From Minisyncoccota bacterium (GTDB lineage Bacteria > Patescibacteriota > Minisyncoccia > Phycocordibacterales > XYD1-FULL-46-19), in the NCBI GenBank assembly GCA_041665625.1, contig JBAYIK010000004.1, positions 26,503-90,502 on the forward strand: a DNA stretch of 64,000 bases, in the 5' to 3' direction. Positions 18,202 through 27,465 of the stretch are shown here, one piece after another. The notes under the pieces were generated by a model. It was not told the origin of the DNA, did no database searches, and saw only the letters and a program-made list of their open reading frames with translations. The position numbers and the translations under genes are program-made. Each line of letters opens with the position of its first letter. Position 1 is the first letter of the stretch.

Positions 18202-20546
18202 TGTCTAATTACATTCTTTATCTTTTGGTTTTTCTAGCCGCGCTTATTGTCTTGGGTCTTGTCTGGCGCCAAACGAGAAAACGACACTGGAAGAGCCTTA
18301 ATTTAAGAATATTGCAGATCCGCATTCCACGTACTGGCAACGAAGACAAGGGCGACCCGCTCAAGGAAATTAATCTCTCTGAGCAACTCTTCTCCTCCCT
18401 CTCCTCTATGAATGAGCCATTTGTTTTCGAGGTGGCGGTTAAGAATGTCGGAGAAGAAATTGGTTTCTACTTGGCGGTGCCTCGGAATCAGCTTGATTTT
18501 GCTAAGAGGGTCATCCAGGGTCTCTTCTTGGACGCTCGGGTGGAGGAGACAACAGATTACACTATTTTCCAACCTCATGGGATGGCGGTGGCCGGTTATC
18601 TTGCGATGGACAAGAGCTATTTGATGCCGATTAATACTTATGCCGAGGTTCAGGCTGATGTCTTTGGCCCGATTGTAAGTACCCTGTCTCGAGTGCGAGA
18701 CACTGACGAGGGCGTGGCCCTTCAGATTGTCGTTAAGCCCGCTGACAGTGGAATTAAAAAGAAAATTTCTTCTGGCCTAGAGCAGCTTAAAAAAGGTGTT
18801 AAGTTTTCTAAGCTTGGTTCGGGTGAAAGTTTTAGTCCAAAAGAGATTTATAAAATTCTTTCGGATAATCCTGGCAAAGATGAAAAGAAGGACGTCCAGA
18901 TGGATGAAGAGATGATTAAGGCTGTTGGCTTAAAATTAGCCAAACCTCTTTTCTTGGTTAATGCCCGTGTCGTCACTTCATCTATTGATCAGAACCGAGC
19001 GGAGGACCTCTTCTTATCCATTGCGGGGGCTCTCACTAAGTTCTCCTCCCCTATTCGCAATAGTTTGAAGATGATCAAACCTAAGAAAGTCCGTTCCCTT
19101 ATTTTTAATTACGTCTTCCGCGAGTTTGATGACAAACAGGCAATGATTCTAAATACTGAAGAAATTGCCAGTATCTTCCACTTACCGACGGCCACTTCGG
19201 ATGTCCCCAATGTTAGCTGGCTTAAGTCTAAAGAGGCTCCCCCACCAGATGAGATCCCTACTGAAGGTCTCAAAATTGGCCAGAGCATCTTCCGTGGTTC
19301 CACTAAGGATATTCGTATTACTGATGACGATCGCCGTCGCCACCTCTACATCATTGGCCAGACTGGTACCGGTAAGTCTGTTATGCTTCAGAATCTCGCG
19401 ATGCAGGACATGAGCGCTGGTAAGGGTTTTTGCGTCATTGATCCCCATGGCGACCTGGTGGATAAGATTTTGAAATTTGTGCCCAAAGAAAGGATTGATG
19501 ATGTCATTATCTTTGATCCTGGGGACCGTGAGCGTCCGCTTGGTCTTAATATGCTCGAATATGATTTTACTAAGCCAGAGGAGAAGACTTTCATTATCAA
19601 CGAGTTTCTGGCCATCTTTAATCAGCTCTTTGATAAAGCGTCGCTCGGTCCAATGTTTGAGCGTTATATGCGTGGCGCTTTGAATCTCTTAATGGATGAC
19701 ATGGTCAATGAGCCCGCTACCATTGTTGATATTCCTCGTGTCTTCACTGATGAAGAATTCCGTAAGCGCAAACTTGCTCGTTCCAAGAACCAACAGGTTA
19801 TCGATTTCTGGACTAAGGAAGTTACTAAGACTACTGGTGACCAGAGTTTAGGTAACTTTGCTCCTTATATCGCTTCTAAATTTGATGGCTTTAGTTCTAA
19901 CGATTATATCCGACCTATCATTGGTCAACCTAAATCTTCTTTTGATTTTAGAAAAGCGATGGATGAGGGCAAAATTATTTTGGTTAATCTCTCTAAGGGT
20001 AAGATTGGGGATATTAGCTCATCCCTCTTGGGTATGGTTATCGTCGGTAAGATCTTAAAAGCGGCTTTGTCTCGCGTTGATATTGAAGAAAAAGAGAGAA
20101 AAGACTTTTATCTCTATATCGATGAGTTCCAGAATTACACCACTGACTCAATTGCTGTCATTTTATCTGAGGCACGTAAGTATCGCTTGGACTTGATTGT
20201 GGCCCACCAATTCATTGCTCAGCTCAAAGATAATATCCGTGATGCCGTCTTTGGTAACGTCGGAAACATTGTCTCCTTCCGGGTTGGGGTGGATGACGCT
20301 GAATATTTGGTCAAACACTTCTCACCAGTTTTTAATGAAAAGGATTTGATAGGGGTAGAGAACCTTAATGCTTACGTTAAGATTTTAGTAAAAGGTATTC
20401 CGAGCACTCCCTTTAACATTAACTTTACTTGGGCCTCGGGAGGTTCAGACGAGGTCCGAGAGGGTCTCAAGGAACTCTCGCGTCTACGTTATGGCCAAGA
20501 TTTAGCCAAAGTTGAGGAGGATATTCAGACTCGCCTCCGAAATTAG
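18201..20546 (+). CDS. Membrane-anchored P-loop ATPase, VirD4/TraG coupling-protein-like or HerA/FtsK-like.
   Basis: N-terminal transmembrane helix. Walker A motif IIGQTGTGKSV and Walker B motif LYIDEFQNY. 781 aa. Confidence 0.6.
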   Translation: MSNYILYLLVFLAALIVLGLVWRQTRKRHWKSLNLRILQIRIPRTGNEDKGDPLKEINLSEQLFSSLSSMNEPFVFEVAVKNVGEEIGFYLAVPRNQLDFAKRVIQGLFLDARVEETTDYTIFQPHGMAVAGYLAMDKSYLMPINTYAEVQADVFGPIVSTLSRVRDTDEGVALQIVVKPADSGIKKKISSGLEQLKKGVKFSKLGSGESFSPKEIYKILSDNPGKDEKKDVQMDEEMIKAVGLKLAKPLFLVNARVVTSSIDQNRAEDLFLSIAGALTKFSSPIRNSLKMIKPKKVRSLIFNYVFREFDDKQAMILNTEEIASIFHLPTATSDVPNVSWLKSKEAPPPDEIPTEGLKIGQSIFRGSTKDIRITDDDRRRHLYIIGQTGTGKSVMLQNLAMQDMSAGKGFCVIDPHGDLVDKILKFVPKERIDDVIIFDPGDRERPLGLNMLEYDFTKPEEKTFIINEFLAIFNQLFDKASLGPMFERYMRGALNLLMDDMVNEPATIVDIPRVFTDEEFRKRKLARSKNQQVIDFWTKEVTKTTGDQSLGNFAPYIASKFDGFSSNDYIRPIIGQPKSSFDFRKAMDEGKIILVNLSKGKIGDISSSLLGMVIVGKILKAALSRVDIEEKERKDFYLYIDEFQNYTTDSIAVILSEARKYRLDLIVAHQFIAQLKDNIRDAVFGNVGNIVSFRVGVDDAEYLVKHFSPVFNEKDLIGVENLNAYVKILVKGIPSTPFNINFTWASGGSDEVREGLKELSRLRYGQDLAKVEEDIQTRLRN

Positions 20547-20628
20547 GGGGGCTTACCCTGCGTAGCTTCACGCGAAGCAGGGGGATAACTGCGTTGAAAA
20601 AGGGCCTATTTTGGGCTAAACTACTGGG

Positions 20629-21666
20629 GTGAAAAAGATTTGGCTGGCCCCAGTTTTATTGTTGTTTTTACTCATTGCTCAGACTGCCGAGGGTAGTGTT
20701 TTGTCTACGCTTTTTGGTTTTTTGACCAGCTCGGTCGGGCAAGTAAGCGCCCTAGTTAAAAAGGAGGAAGAGATCAAGACCGAGACTAATTCTCAGAACC
20801 TCGACTTACCAGAACCAACCATGAGTATCGCCACTAGCTCTCCTAAGGCCGAACTTGATCAAGCTATCACAGGAGGAAGTGCAATTGCCCCTGAGACTGG
20901 TCCCCTTGGCACCTCGGCGGATCTCAAGGATAACCAGGCTCCATCTGACCTGATTAGCGTCTATACAATACACGAGGGGGACACCATTGGTATTGTCGCG
21001 AAGATGTTTAACGTCTCCCCCAACACGGTACTCTGGGCTAATGACCTAAAGAAAGGGTCTGCTTTGAAGCCGGGTGAAACTTTGGTTATCCTCCCTATTA
21101 CTGGTGTTCAGCATATTGTGAAGAAGGGCGACACGGTTAAGAGTATCGCGAAGAAATACGGTGGAGATGTTGAAGAAATCGCTGTTTATAATGATCTTGA
21201 TCTAAGTAAAGACCTTATCGTTGGCAGCACAGTCATTGTCCCTAATGGTGAAGAAAGCACTATTATTTCTGGGCCGAAGGCTGGCCAAAAAGCCCCAGCA
21301 AAATATAAGGGTCCAAGTTATAGTGGTTACTACATGAGACCAATTAGTGGCGGTATGCGCACTCAAGGTATCCATGGTAATAATGCGGTTGACCTTGCTT
21401 CTAAGATTGGTACACCAATTTATGCTGCTGCCCAAGGCCGAGTAATTATTGCTAAGACTGGCGGTTGGAATGGAGGCTATGGTAATTATGTTGTCATCGC
21501 CCACCCTAACGGCACTCAGACTCTCTATGGTCACATGAATAAGGTAATGACCTCTGTCGGCGCGCGTGTTGATAAGGGCGATCAAATTGGCCAACTTGGC
21601 TCCACCGGCCACTCGACCGGTCCGCATGTCCACTTCGAACTCCGCGGGGCTTCGAATCCATTCTGA
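20629..21666 (+). CDS. Secreted M23-family metallopeptidase with two LysM domains.
   Basis: Signal peptide. Two LysM-like repeats (YTIHEGDTIGIVAKMF.. and HIVKKGDTVKSIAKKY..). M23 motifs HGNNAVDL...GSTGHSTGPHVHFE. Confidence 0.85.
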   Translation: MKKIWLAPVLLLFLLIAQTAEGSVLSTLFGFLTSSVGQVSALVKKEEEIKTETNSQNLDLPEPTMSIATSSPKAELDQAITGGSAIAPETGPLGTSADLKDNQAPSDLISVYTIHEGDTIGIVAKMFNVSPNTVLWANDLKKGSALKPGETLVILPITGVQHIVKKGDTVKSIAKKYGGDVEEIAVYNDLDLSKDLIVGSTVIVPNGEESTIISGPKAGQKAPAKYKGPSYSGYYMRPISGGMRTQGIHGNNAVDLASKIGTPIYAAAQGRVIIAKTGGWNGGYGNYVVIAHPNGTQTLYGHMNKVMTSVGARVDKGDQIGQLGSTGHSTGPHVHFELRGASNPF

Positions 21667-22811
21667 TGACAAAAGAAACTGAAACAATAATTATCGGTGG
21701 GGGTATGTCCGGGATTGGCTGTGCTAGGACTCTCGCCAAGGAAGGGAAAGATTTTTTACTAATTAGTAAGGATATTGGTGGCCGGGTTGTCACTTCAGCT
21801 GATGGCCAGGTTAATTATGGCGCCTTCTACATAAGGAGCGATTATCACAACGTCTTACCCTTTGTTAAATTGGGGAGGCGAATTGCTTCGCGGTCTCTTG
21901 GTTGGGAGAAGATCAAGGGCCGACTGACTTTTTGGAATAAAATTTTCAATTACCCTGTTTCCATGATAAAGATTGCCGCCCATCTTCTCATCTTTAATTT
22001 TCATTATCAACGATTTAAGAAAAATTGTGAGAAGTTCTCGCAGGTTGAGGTCTTGGAGAAAGACCCCTATCTAAAAAAGATGCACGAGATGCCTGCCAAT
22101 GATTTTATTAAGAATCATCAGCTCGAGATTCTTCTCCCTCTTTTTGATCCAATCGTAAATAGCACGACTTTCTTGTCTATAAGAGAAGCTCCCTTGTCGG
22201 CGGCGGGGATGCTCCTGATGCTTATGATTGGTCTTTATCCGACAAACGAATTTATTATGGATAAGGATTTATTAGTTGAGGGCATTTCGGGTCAAGTTAT
22301 TTCGGACGAAGTCGTCTCCCTGTTGAGGGAAGATGATCGTTGGCTTATTAAAACTAATTCTGGTCAAGAATATCTTTCTAAAAACCTAGTAATGGCTACA
22401 CCGATTGATATTACTAAGAGACTCCTAAACCTTGATTTCCCGACTAATCAGCCAATCTCTGTTTATATGACACATCTCCGTGGTGAGCTTGTGGCTGAAT
22501 ATGAAGTTCCAGGGAATTTTATTTTATTCTCTCCCGATAAGACCGAAGATATCGTTATTGCTAAGGAGCCCAACGGGACGCTGCTTTTCTATTCCCATGA
22601 CTCAGCCTACAGTTTAGAAAAATATTTTAAGAATTATGAAATAATTGCCGAGAAGTTTTGGTCCCCCGCTTTCTTCGTCGGCCATAGTTTTATACCCTGT
22701 CTGTTCCCCGATAGTTTATTTATCATCGGTGATCACAATATTGTCGGGATGGAAGACGCTTATATTACCGGCATTTATGCCGGCAATAAAATCTCTGGCA
22801 AGACGGTTTAG
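21666..22811 (+). CDS. FAD/NAD(P)-binding oxidoreductase, amine-oxidase-like or desaturase-like.
   Basis: N-terminal IIIGGGMSGIGCAR dinucleotide-binding motif. The start overlaps the stop of the upstream gene. Confidence 0.55.
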   Translation: MTKETETIIIGGGMSGIGCARTLAKEGKDFLLISKDIGGRVVTSADGQVNYGAFYIRSDYHNVLPFVKLGRRIASRSLGWEKIKGRLTFWNKIFNYPVSMIKIAAHLLIFNFHYQRFKKNCEKFSQVEVLEKDPYLKKMHEMPANDFIKNHQLEILLPLFDPIVNSTTFLSIREAPLSAAGMLLMLMIGLYPTNEFIMDKDLLVEGISGQVISDEVVSLLREDDRWLIKTNSGQEYLSKNLVMATPIDITKRLLNLDFPTNQPISVYMTHLRGELVAEYEVPGNFILFSPDKTEDIVIAKEPNGTLLFYSHDSAYSLEKYFKNYEIIAEKFWSPAFFVGHSFIPCLFPDSLFIIGDHNIVGMEDAYITGIYAGNKISGKTV

Positions 22812-22813
22812 TC

Positions 22814-24382
22814 TTACTCAAAAATATTTTTTGGCCTATATTGCAACGCTTCGAGGAGGTGTTGATCTTGGATATCGTTGGAATTATCGAGATCGGCAAT
22901 GGTACGGGCGAGTTTAATAATACGATGGTAGGCGCGGGCTGAGAGATTAAGTCTTTTTGCCGAATCATTCAGAAGTTTTGTCGAAGAGTCTGTGAGGGGA
23001 GCGTATTTTTTAAGCTCTTTGGCCCCCATCTCTCCGTTAGTATTTATATTTTTTATATCTTCAAATCTTTTTGTTTGCTTGGCACGGGCTGATAGGACGC
23101 GAGAACGAATTTTATCAGAGCTCTCCCCCGCTGGTGCCTGGCTCGATAATTCTTCATGCTTGATTTGTGGCACATCAAGCCAGATATCGATGCGGTCAAT
23201 GATTGGCCCAGAGACCTTGCGACTGTATTTTTGGATTTGGCTTTGGGTGCAGGTGCACTCTTTAATTCTTGAACCTTTGAAGCCACAAGGGCAAGGATTA
23301 AGAGCCGCGACGAGTAAGAAACTAGCGGGGAAATTCATCGAACTCCTTGCCCGGGCAACACTAATGACCCTGTCTTCTAGAGGTTGGCGCAAGGCCTCAA
23401 TAACTTTTTTATCAAACTCGGGGAACTCATCTAAGAAGAGGACCCCGCGGTGGGCCAAAGTAATCTCACCAGGCTTAGGCCAAGCCCCACCACCGACGAG
23501 TGAGACATAAGACGAGGTATGATGGGGTGAGCGGAAGGGCGGTTCGGTTATTAGCTCATTATCCAAAGATCCAGTGGCCGAGTGAATCCCCGTGACTTCG
23601 ATAATCTGATCAATATTGAGCGGTGGCATAATGCCAGTGAAGGCCCGTGCGAGCATGGTCTTGCCTGTCCCTGGTGGCCCATACATGGCGACATTGTGAC
23701 CACCAGCGGCGGCGATTTCTAGTCCCCTCTTGGCGGTTTGTTGGCTACGGATTTCTGAGAAATCGGTAATGTTCTCATTTTTATTAAAAATTATTTTTGT
23801 TTTTGGAGCTGATTCAATTCTAGACGAGAGAACGGACTGTCCTTCCCCATCGTCGCCGTCCCCGATCTTTGGGGATAGGTGATTTGTCACCTGTTCAAGT
23901 GAATAACAAGGGTAGATAGTGATATCGTGAATTAGGGCCGCTTCGTTGGCATTCTCCTCTGGCAAATAAACTTCCGCGAAGCCTTTTTCTTTAGCTTTCT
24001 GAACAATAAGGAGAGCCCCATTGATGGGTCTTAATTTCCCATCGAGAGCGAGTTCTCCGATAAAGAGTTTGCCCTTGGGTTGAAATTTCATCTCGCCGGC
24101 AGCGAATAAATAGCCGAGAGCAATCGCCAGATCAAAGGACGATCCTTCTTTACGGATATTGGCCGGAGCCAGAGAGACAATAACTTTTTTGTTGCCCTTT
24201 TGTGGAGCGCGAAAGCCCGAATTCTTTATTGCTGAATTGATACGGTCCTTGGCTTCAGCGACCGCCTTATCAGGGAGGCCAACAATAGAAAAAGATTGAA
24301 GTCCTTTGTTGATATCGACTTCGACTTCAATAATATCGGTCTTGAGGCCGATGATTTGCGCTGAATTTATCTTAGCGACCAT
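22814..24382 (-). CDS. comM: YifB/ComM-family Mg-chelatase-like AAA ATPase.
   Basis: N-terminal Lon-like region, Walker A motif GPPGTGKTM, and a conserved C-terminus typical of ComM. Confidence 0.9.
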   Translation of the reverse strand: MVAKINSAQIIGLKTDIIEVEVDINKGLQSFSIVGLPDKAVAEAKDRINSAIKNSGFRAPQKGNKKVIVSLAPANIRKEGSSFDLAIALGYLFAAGEMKFQPKGKLFIGELALDGKLRPINGALLIVQKAKEKGFAEVYLPEENANEAALIHDITIYPCYSLEQVTNHLSPKIGDGDDGEGQSVLSSRIESAPKTKIIFNKNENITDFSEIRSQQTAKRGLEIAAAGGHNVAMYGPPGTGKTMLARAFTGIMPPLNIDQIIEVTGIHSATGSLDNELITEPPFRSPHHTSSYVSLVGGGAWPKPGEITLAHRGVLFLDEFPEFDKKVIEALRQPLEDRVISVARARSSMNFPASFLLVAALNPCPCGFKGSRIKECTCTQSQIQKYSRKVSGPIIDRIDIWLDVPQIKHEELSSQAPAGESSDKIRSRVLSARAKQTKRFEDIKNINTNGEMGAKELKKYAPLTDSSTKLLNDSAKRLNLSARAYHRIIKLARTIADLDNSNDIQDQHLLEALQYRPKNIFE

Positions 24383-24416
24383 GCGCTAATAGTTATTAGA
24401 TAATAAATAGTAGAAA

Positions 24417-24776
24417 CTATATTTCTACAGTATCCTCTTCGTCACGATGTTCTTTGCAAGTTAGTGAGGCTGGATCAGCGTCGAGACGGTCACGCTCAAT
24501 TGGTTTACGACAGACAGCGCAGACAAAACCATTAGCCAGGGCCCAGTGGAGGGCTCGCTCGTTCTCAAGGATTAGACCCTCAGTGTTCGCAATTTCTTGT
24601 TCAAGTCTCTCTCGGTCATCGCGCTGGCTTCCGACATCATCTCCCGACATTGGCTTGTCATCTTGTATCTCTTTAAGTCTTAGCTCGTCTTCTTTTTTCC
24701 CTTTGGTGAGTTCGGCAATATTTTCCTTAAGAAGGTCTAGATAGTGTTGGTCATTTTTTTCTATTTTGTTGGTCAT
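24417..24776 (-). CDS. DksA/TraR-family C4 zinc-finger protein.
   Basis: C-terminus CAVCRKPI...CKEH is a four-cysteine zinc-finger pattern, preceded by a coiled coil. Confidence 0.55.
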   Translation of the reverse strand: MTNKIEKNDQHYLDLLKENIAELTKGKKEDELRLKEIQDDKPMSGDDVGSQRDDRERLEQEIANTEGLILENERALHWALANGFVCAVCRKPIERDRLDADPASLTCKEHRDEEDTVEI

Positions 24777-24862
24777 TTTGTTTTTCCTCGCATAACGAGA
24801 GTTAATTATTGATTACATCGTAACAAACGGGTTCTTTTTGTCAATAAAACCTTTTAGAGTGT

Positions 24863-26098
24863 TTACCGAGGGGAAGAATAGGAGCTGATGACCTTGGCCA
24901 AGGTCCCCTCATTTATTGTCACGACGAGGGTTTCTTTATCAATCCAAGAATAGACGGCTATAATGGTGTTCGTTTCGTCAACAACTAATCTCGTATCATA
25001 ATTTTTTATCATCTTGTCTTGGAGCGGGGTGTTTAGTATTTTTTCGGTACTCGAGGCGTCTTCAAAGGGGGCCAACAGTTCAGAAATAATAATGTTCTCG
25101 TTGCTTAATATAGCACTAGCAACATTTTTATAGTTTTTTGTTTTTAAAATATAGAAGGGCGAAGTTTGTTCTCCGTAGTAAAAGCCGAGCATTAATTTAG
25201 GCTCAAGAGAGCGCAAGAAGTCGTCTGGCAACTTGAGTTCTAGTTTGCCGGCAATCGCTGTCGGGTCAGCCTCAACCATTTTCATCACTAATCCTGTTTG
25301 GGTTTGTTCCTTTATTTGATAAGTAAAATAAATTTCCTCAATACTTTCTTTCCCTGCCGGCGGGGTTAGACTTTTTTCTCTCAACTCCTCTCGTATTTGA
25401 GTCGCGGTCTCCTGGTCAAGATTGATCGCCTGTTGCTTGTCAGAAAAAATTAGACCTTGTCTTGTTACTTTTACAGTGGCCAGGCTTGTGGTTTGTCTTT
25501 GCCCAATGGCCCAGACTAAAGCAATTAACCCTCCAATTATTAATAGCACCCCAATACCCACTAGCCAGGAGCGGTTAGTTACGCTTTTTTCTTTTTTAGC
25601 TAAGTTCTCTTTGTCTGGCGTTTGAGTGACAATCTTGCTGACACTTAAGCCTTCTCTGCCGATGGTTTCTCCTATGTCACGGGTTAGGGTCTTGATGGCA
25701 GCCGGTCCAGCATTAGGACTCTTTTTTATTAAATTGATTTCTTCTTGAGATTTTAGAATTTCATTAATTTTAGCTACCCGGAGGGCTTCGGCCTCGGCAT
25801 CTTTGACGGTTTGCTCTTGGCCAATTTTATTTTTCTCCTCCTCCTCTTTTATTTTGCGGGCTGCTTCAAGGTCGGCCAGTTTCTTTTGGGCCTCAATTTT
25901 TCCCAGCCGAGCTTTCTCAGCGTCGTCCCAAGCCTTTTTTTGTTCGTCACTGGCCATGGCCTTTGCCGCTTCTTGTCGTCGCCTCTCAAAGTCCTCACTG
26001 GTTTTTTTCCAGCTCATTAGTTTTTCTTCACCAGACAAAACCAACTTAGCTTTAGCTAGTCTGTCTTGCTCATTGGTTTCTGAGGTCTCTTCTGCCAT
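24863..26098 (-). CDS. Hypothetical protein: charged coiled-coil N-terminus, one transmembrane helix, and a C-terminal domain.
   Basis: 411-aa ORF with transmembrane segment WLVGIGVLLIIGGLIALVWAI. Confidence 0.45.
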   Translation of the reverse strand: MAEETSETNEQDRLAKAKLVLSGEEKLMSWKKTSEDFERRRQEAAKAMASDEQKKAWDDAEKARLGKIEAQKKLADLEAARKIKEEEEKNKIGQEQTVKDAEAEALRVAKINEILKSQEEINLIKKSPNAGPAAIKTLTRDIGETIGREGLSVSKIVTQTPDKENLAKKEKSVTNRSWLVGIGVLLIIGGLIALVWAIGQRQTTSLATVKVTRQGLIFSDKQQAINLDQETATQIREELREKSLTPPAGKESIEEIYFTYQIKEQTQTGLVMKMVEADPTAIAGKLELKLPDDFLRSLEPKLMLGFYYGEQTSPFYILKTKNYKNVASAILSNENIIISELLAPFEDASSTEKILNTPLQDKMIKNYDTRLVVDETNTIIAVYSWIDKETLVVTINEGTLAKVISSYSSPR

Positions 26099-26105
26099 TA
26101 GTCGA

Positions 26106-27437
26106 TTAACTTAACCAGGGAAAAGTTTTTTTACTACTTTTGTTCACGTCAGCCGGGTCAATTTGCTGGTTCTTTAAGGCGTCGGCCATATCACTTTGAA
26201 GAGTCCGGAGGGGTCTAATCCCTGTACTTTCATCTTGTGAACTTTGAGAGGGCTCCCTTTTTTGATCAATTTTTTGTTGGCGGAGAGAATCAATCTCTTC
26301 GTTTTCTTGGCGGATTCTTTCAAGTTCGAGCATTCTGTTTGGTTCTGGTTTATTCGCCTCCTCCATCTTAGTCACTGGTTGGACGATGGGTTCTGTCGGT
26401 GGTGCGGGTTTGGTTTCTTGAATTGGTGCGGGGGCGGCAGTGCTCGCTTGTTTAACCTGGGCGGTTCTGTCCATCGCCTCAGAAAGCTTTTTCTTTAGTT
26501 CTTCGGCTCTGGCTTGATCCGCTTGCAAGCGCAAAGTTTCTTGTCTTTGTTTTTCCTCCTCAGCTCGACGCAAGGTCTCAATTGATTTGGCCGCACTTGA
26601 GGCAGCATTTTGCTGCTGCTTTTGAATCTCGAGGGCTTTGAGTTCCTCAGCTTTTTTTCTGTCTTCCTCCGCTTTCTTAATTTCTTCAGCTCGCCGTCGC
26701 TCAGCTTCAGCTCCTTGCCTCTCTTCTTCTACCTGTTTGAGAGCCGATTGTTGCCTCTTCTGTTCTTCTAACTCATGCTGCTGGCGCATCACTTCCTGTT
26801 GTAGAAGAATCTGTTCATCAATGGCTTGAATTTTACCTCTTATCTCTTCTTCTTGATTTAGAAGATTTTGGTATTTTTTCTTTACCTCACCAATTTGATC
26901 TTCAATCTTTGTGATCTTCTCTTCGACTAACCATTTTTCTTCTTCAATAGCTCTTCTTTTTTCTTGGGTCTGCCAACGCTTCTGCTCTACCTCATGCTTT
27001 TCTTTAGGGGTAACAGTGGTGTCTTCTTGCCCCTCTTCCTGGTTCTCCTCACTCTGGATGGCATCTTCTTGTAAGAGAATTGGCTCGAGGACTTTTTTCA
27101 GCCCGGTTCTCTTGTCATCCAAGTTTACCCAGGTGAGTTCGAGAAGTTCCTTTTCGTGATCAAGAGAAAGAAGTAAACGATTTAATTGTTGTTTTTCTTC
27201 ACTCGCCTCTTCTTCTTTTTCTGTTGCTTCACGACGGACAGTGCGATCAAGGCCCTCCATCGCAATCTTTGCTTTTCTGACCTTCTCTTCTCGGCTGACG
27301 AGAGGGGCAGCCGTTACTGTCGGGACTGTTGCTTGGGCTGTTGTTGCCGCACTATTAACCGGCGCCACCGTTACTTGCGGTGGTACTTGATTTTGATTAT
27401 CAGAATCAGACGTTGTCTGTTTTACAACATCAGGCAT
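26106..27437 (-). CDS. Highly charged low-complexity coiled-coil protein rich in E, K, Q and R.
   Basis: 443-aa ORF. Repetitive charged heptad-like sequence. Confidence 0.45.
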   Translation of the reverse strand: MPDVVKQTTSDSDNQNQVPPQVTVAPVNSAATTAQATVPTVTAAPLVSREEKVRKAKIAMEGLDRTVRREATEKEEEASEEKQQLNRLLLSLDHEKELLELTWVNLDDKRTGLKKVLEPILLQEDAIQSEENQEEGQEDTTVTPKEKHEVEQKRWQTQEKRRAIEEEKWLVEEKITKIEDQIGEVKKKYQNLLNQEEEIRGKIQAIDEQILLQQEVMRQQHELEEQKRQQSALKQVEEERQGAEAERRRAEEIKKAEEDRKKAEELKALEIQKQQQNAASSAAKSIETLRRAEEEKQRQETLRLQADQARAEELKKKLSEAMDRTAQVKQASTAAPAPIQETKPAPPTEPIVQPVTKMEEANKPEPNRMLELERIRQENEEIDSLRQQKIDQKREPSQSSQDESTGIRPLRTLQSDMADALKNQQIDPADVNKSSKKTFPWLS

Positions 27438-27465
27438 TACTCTTTTATTATAACCAATTTAGTTT

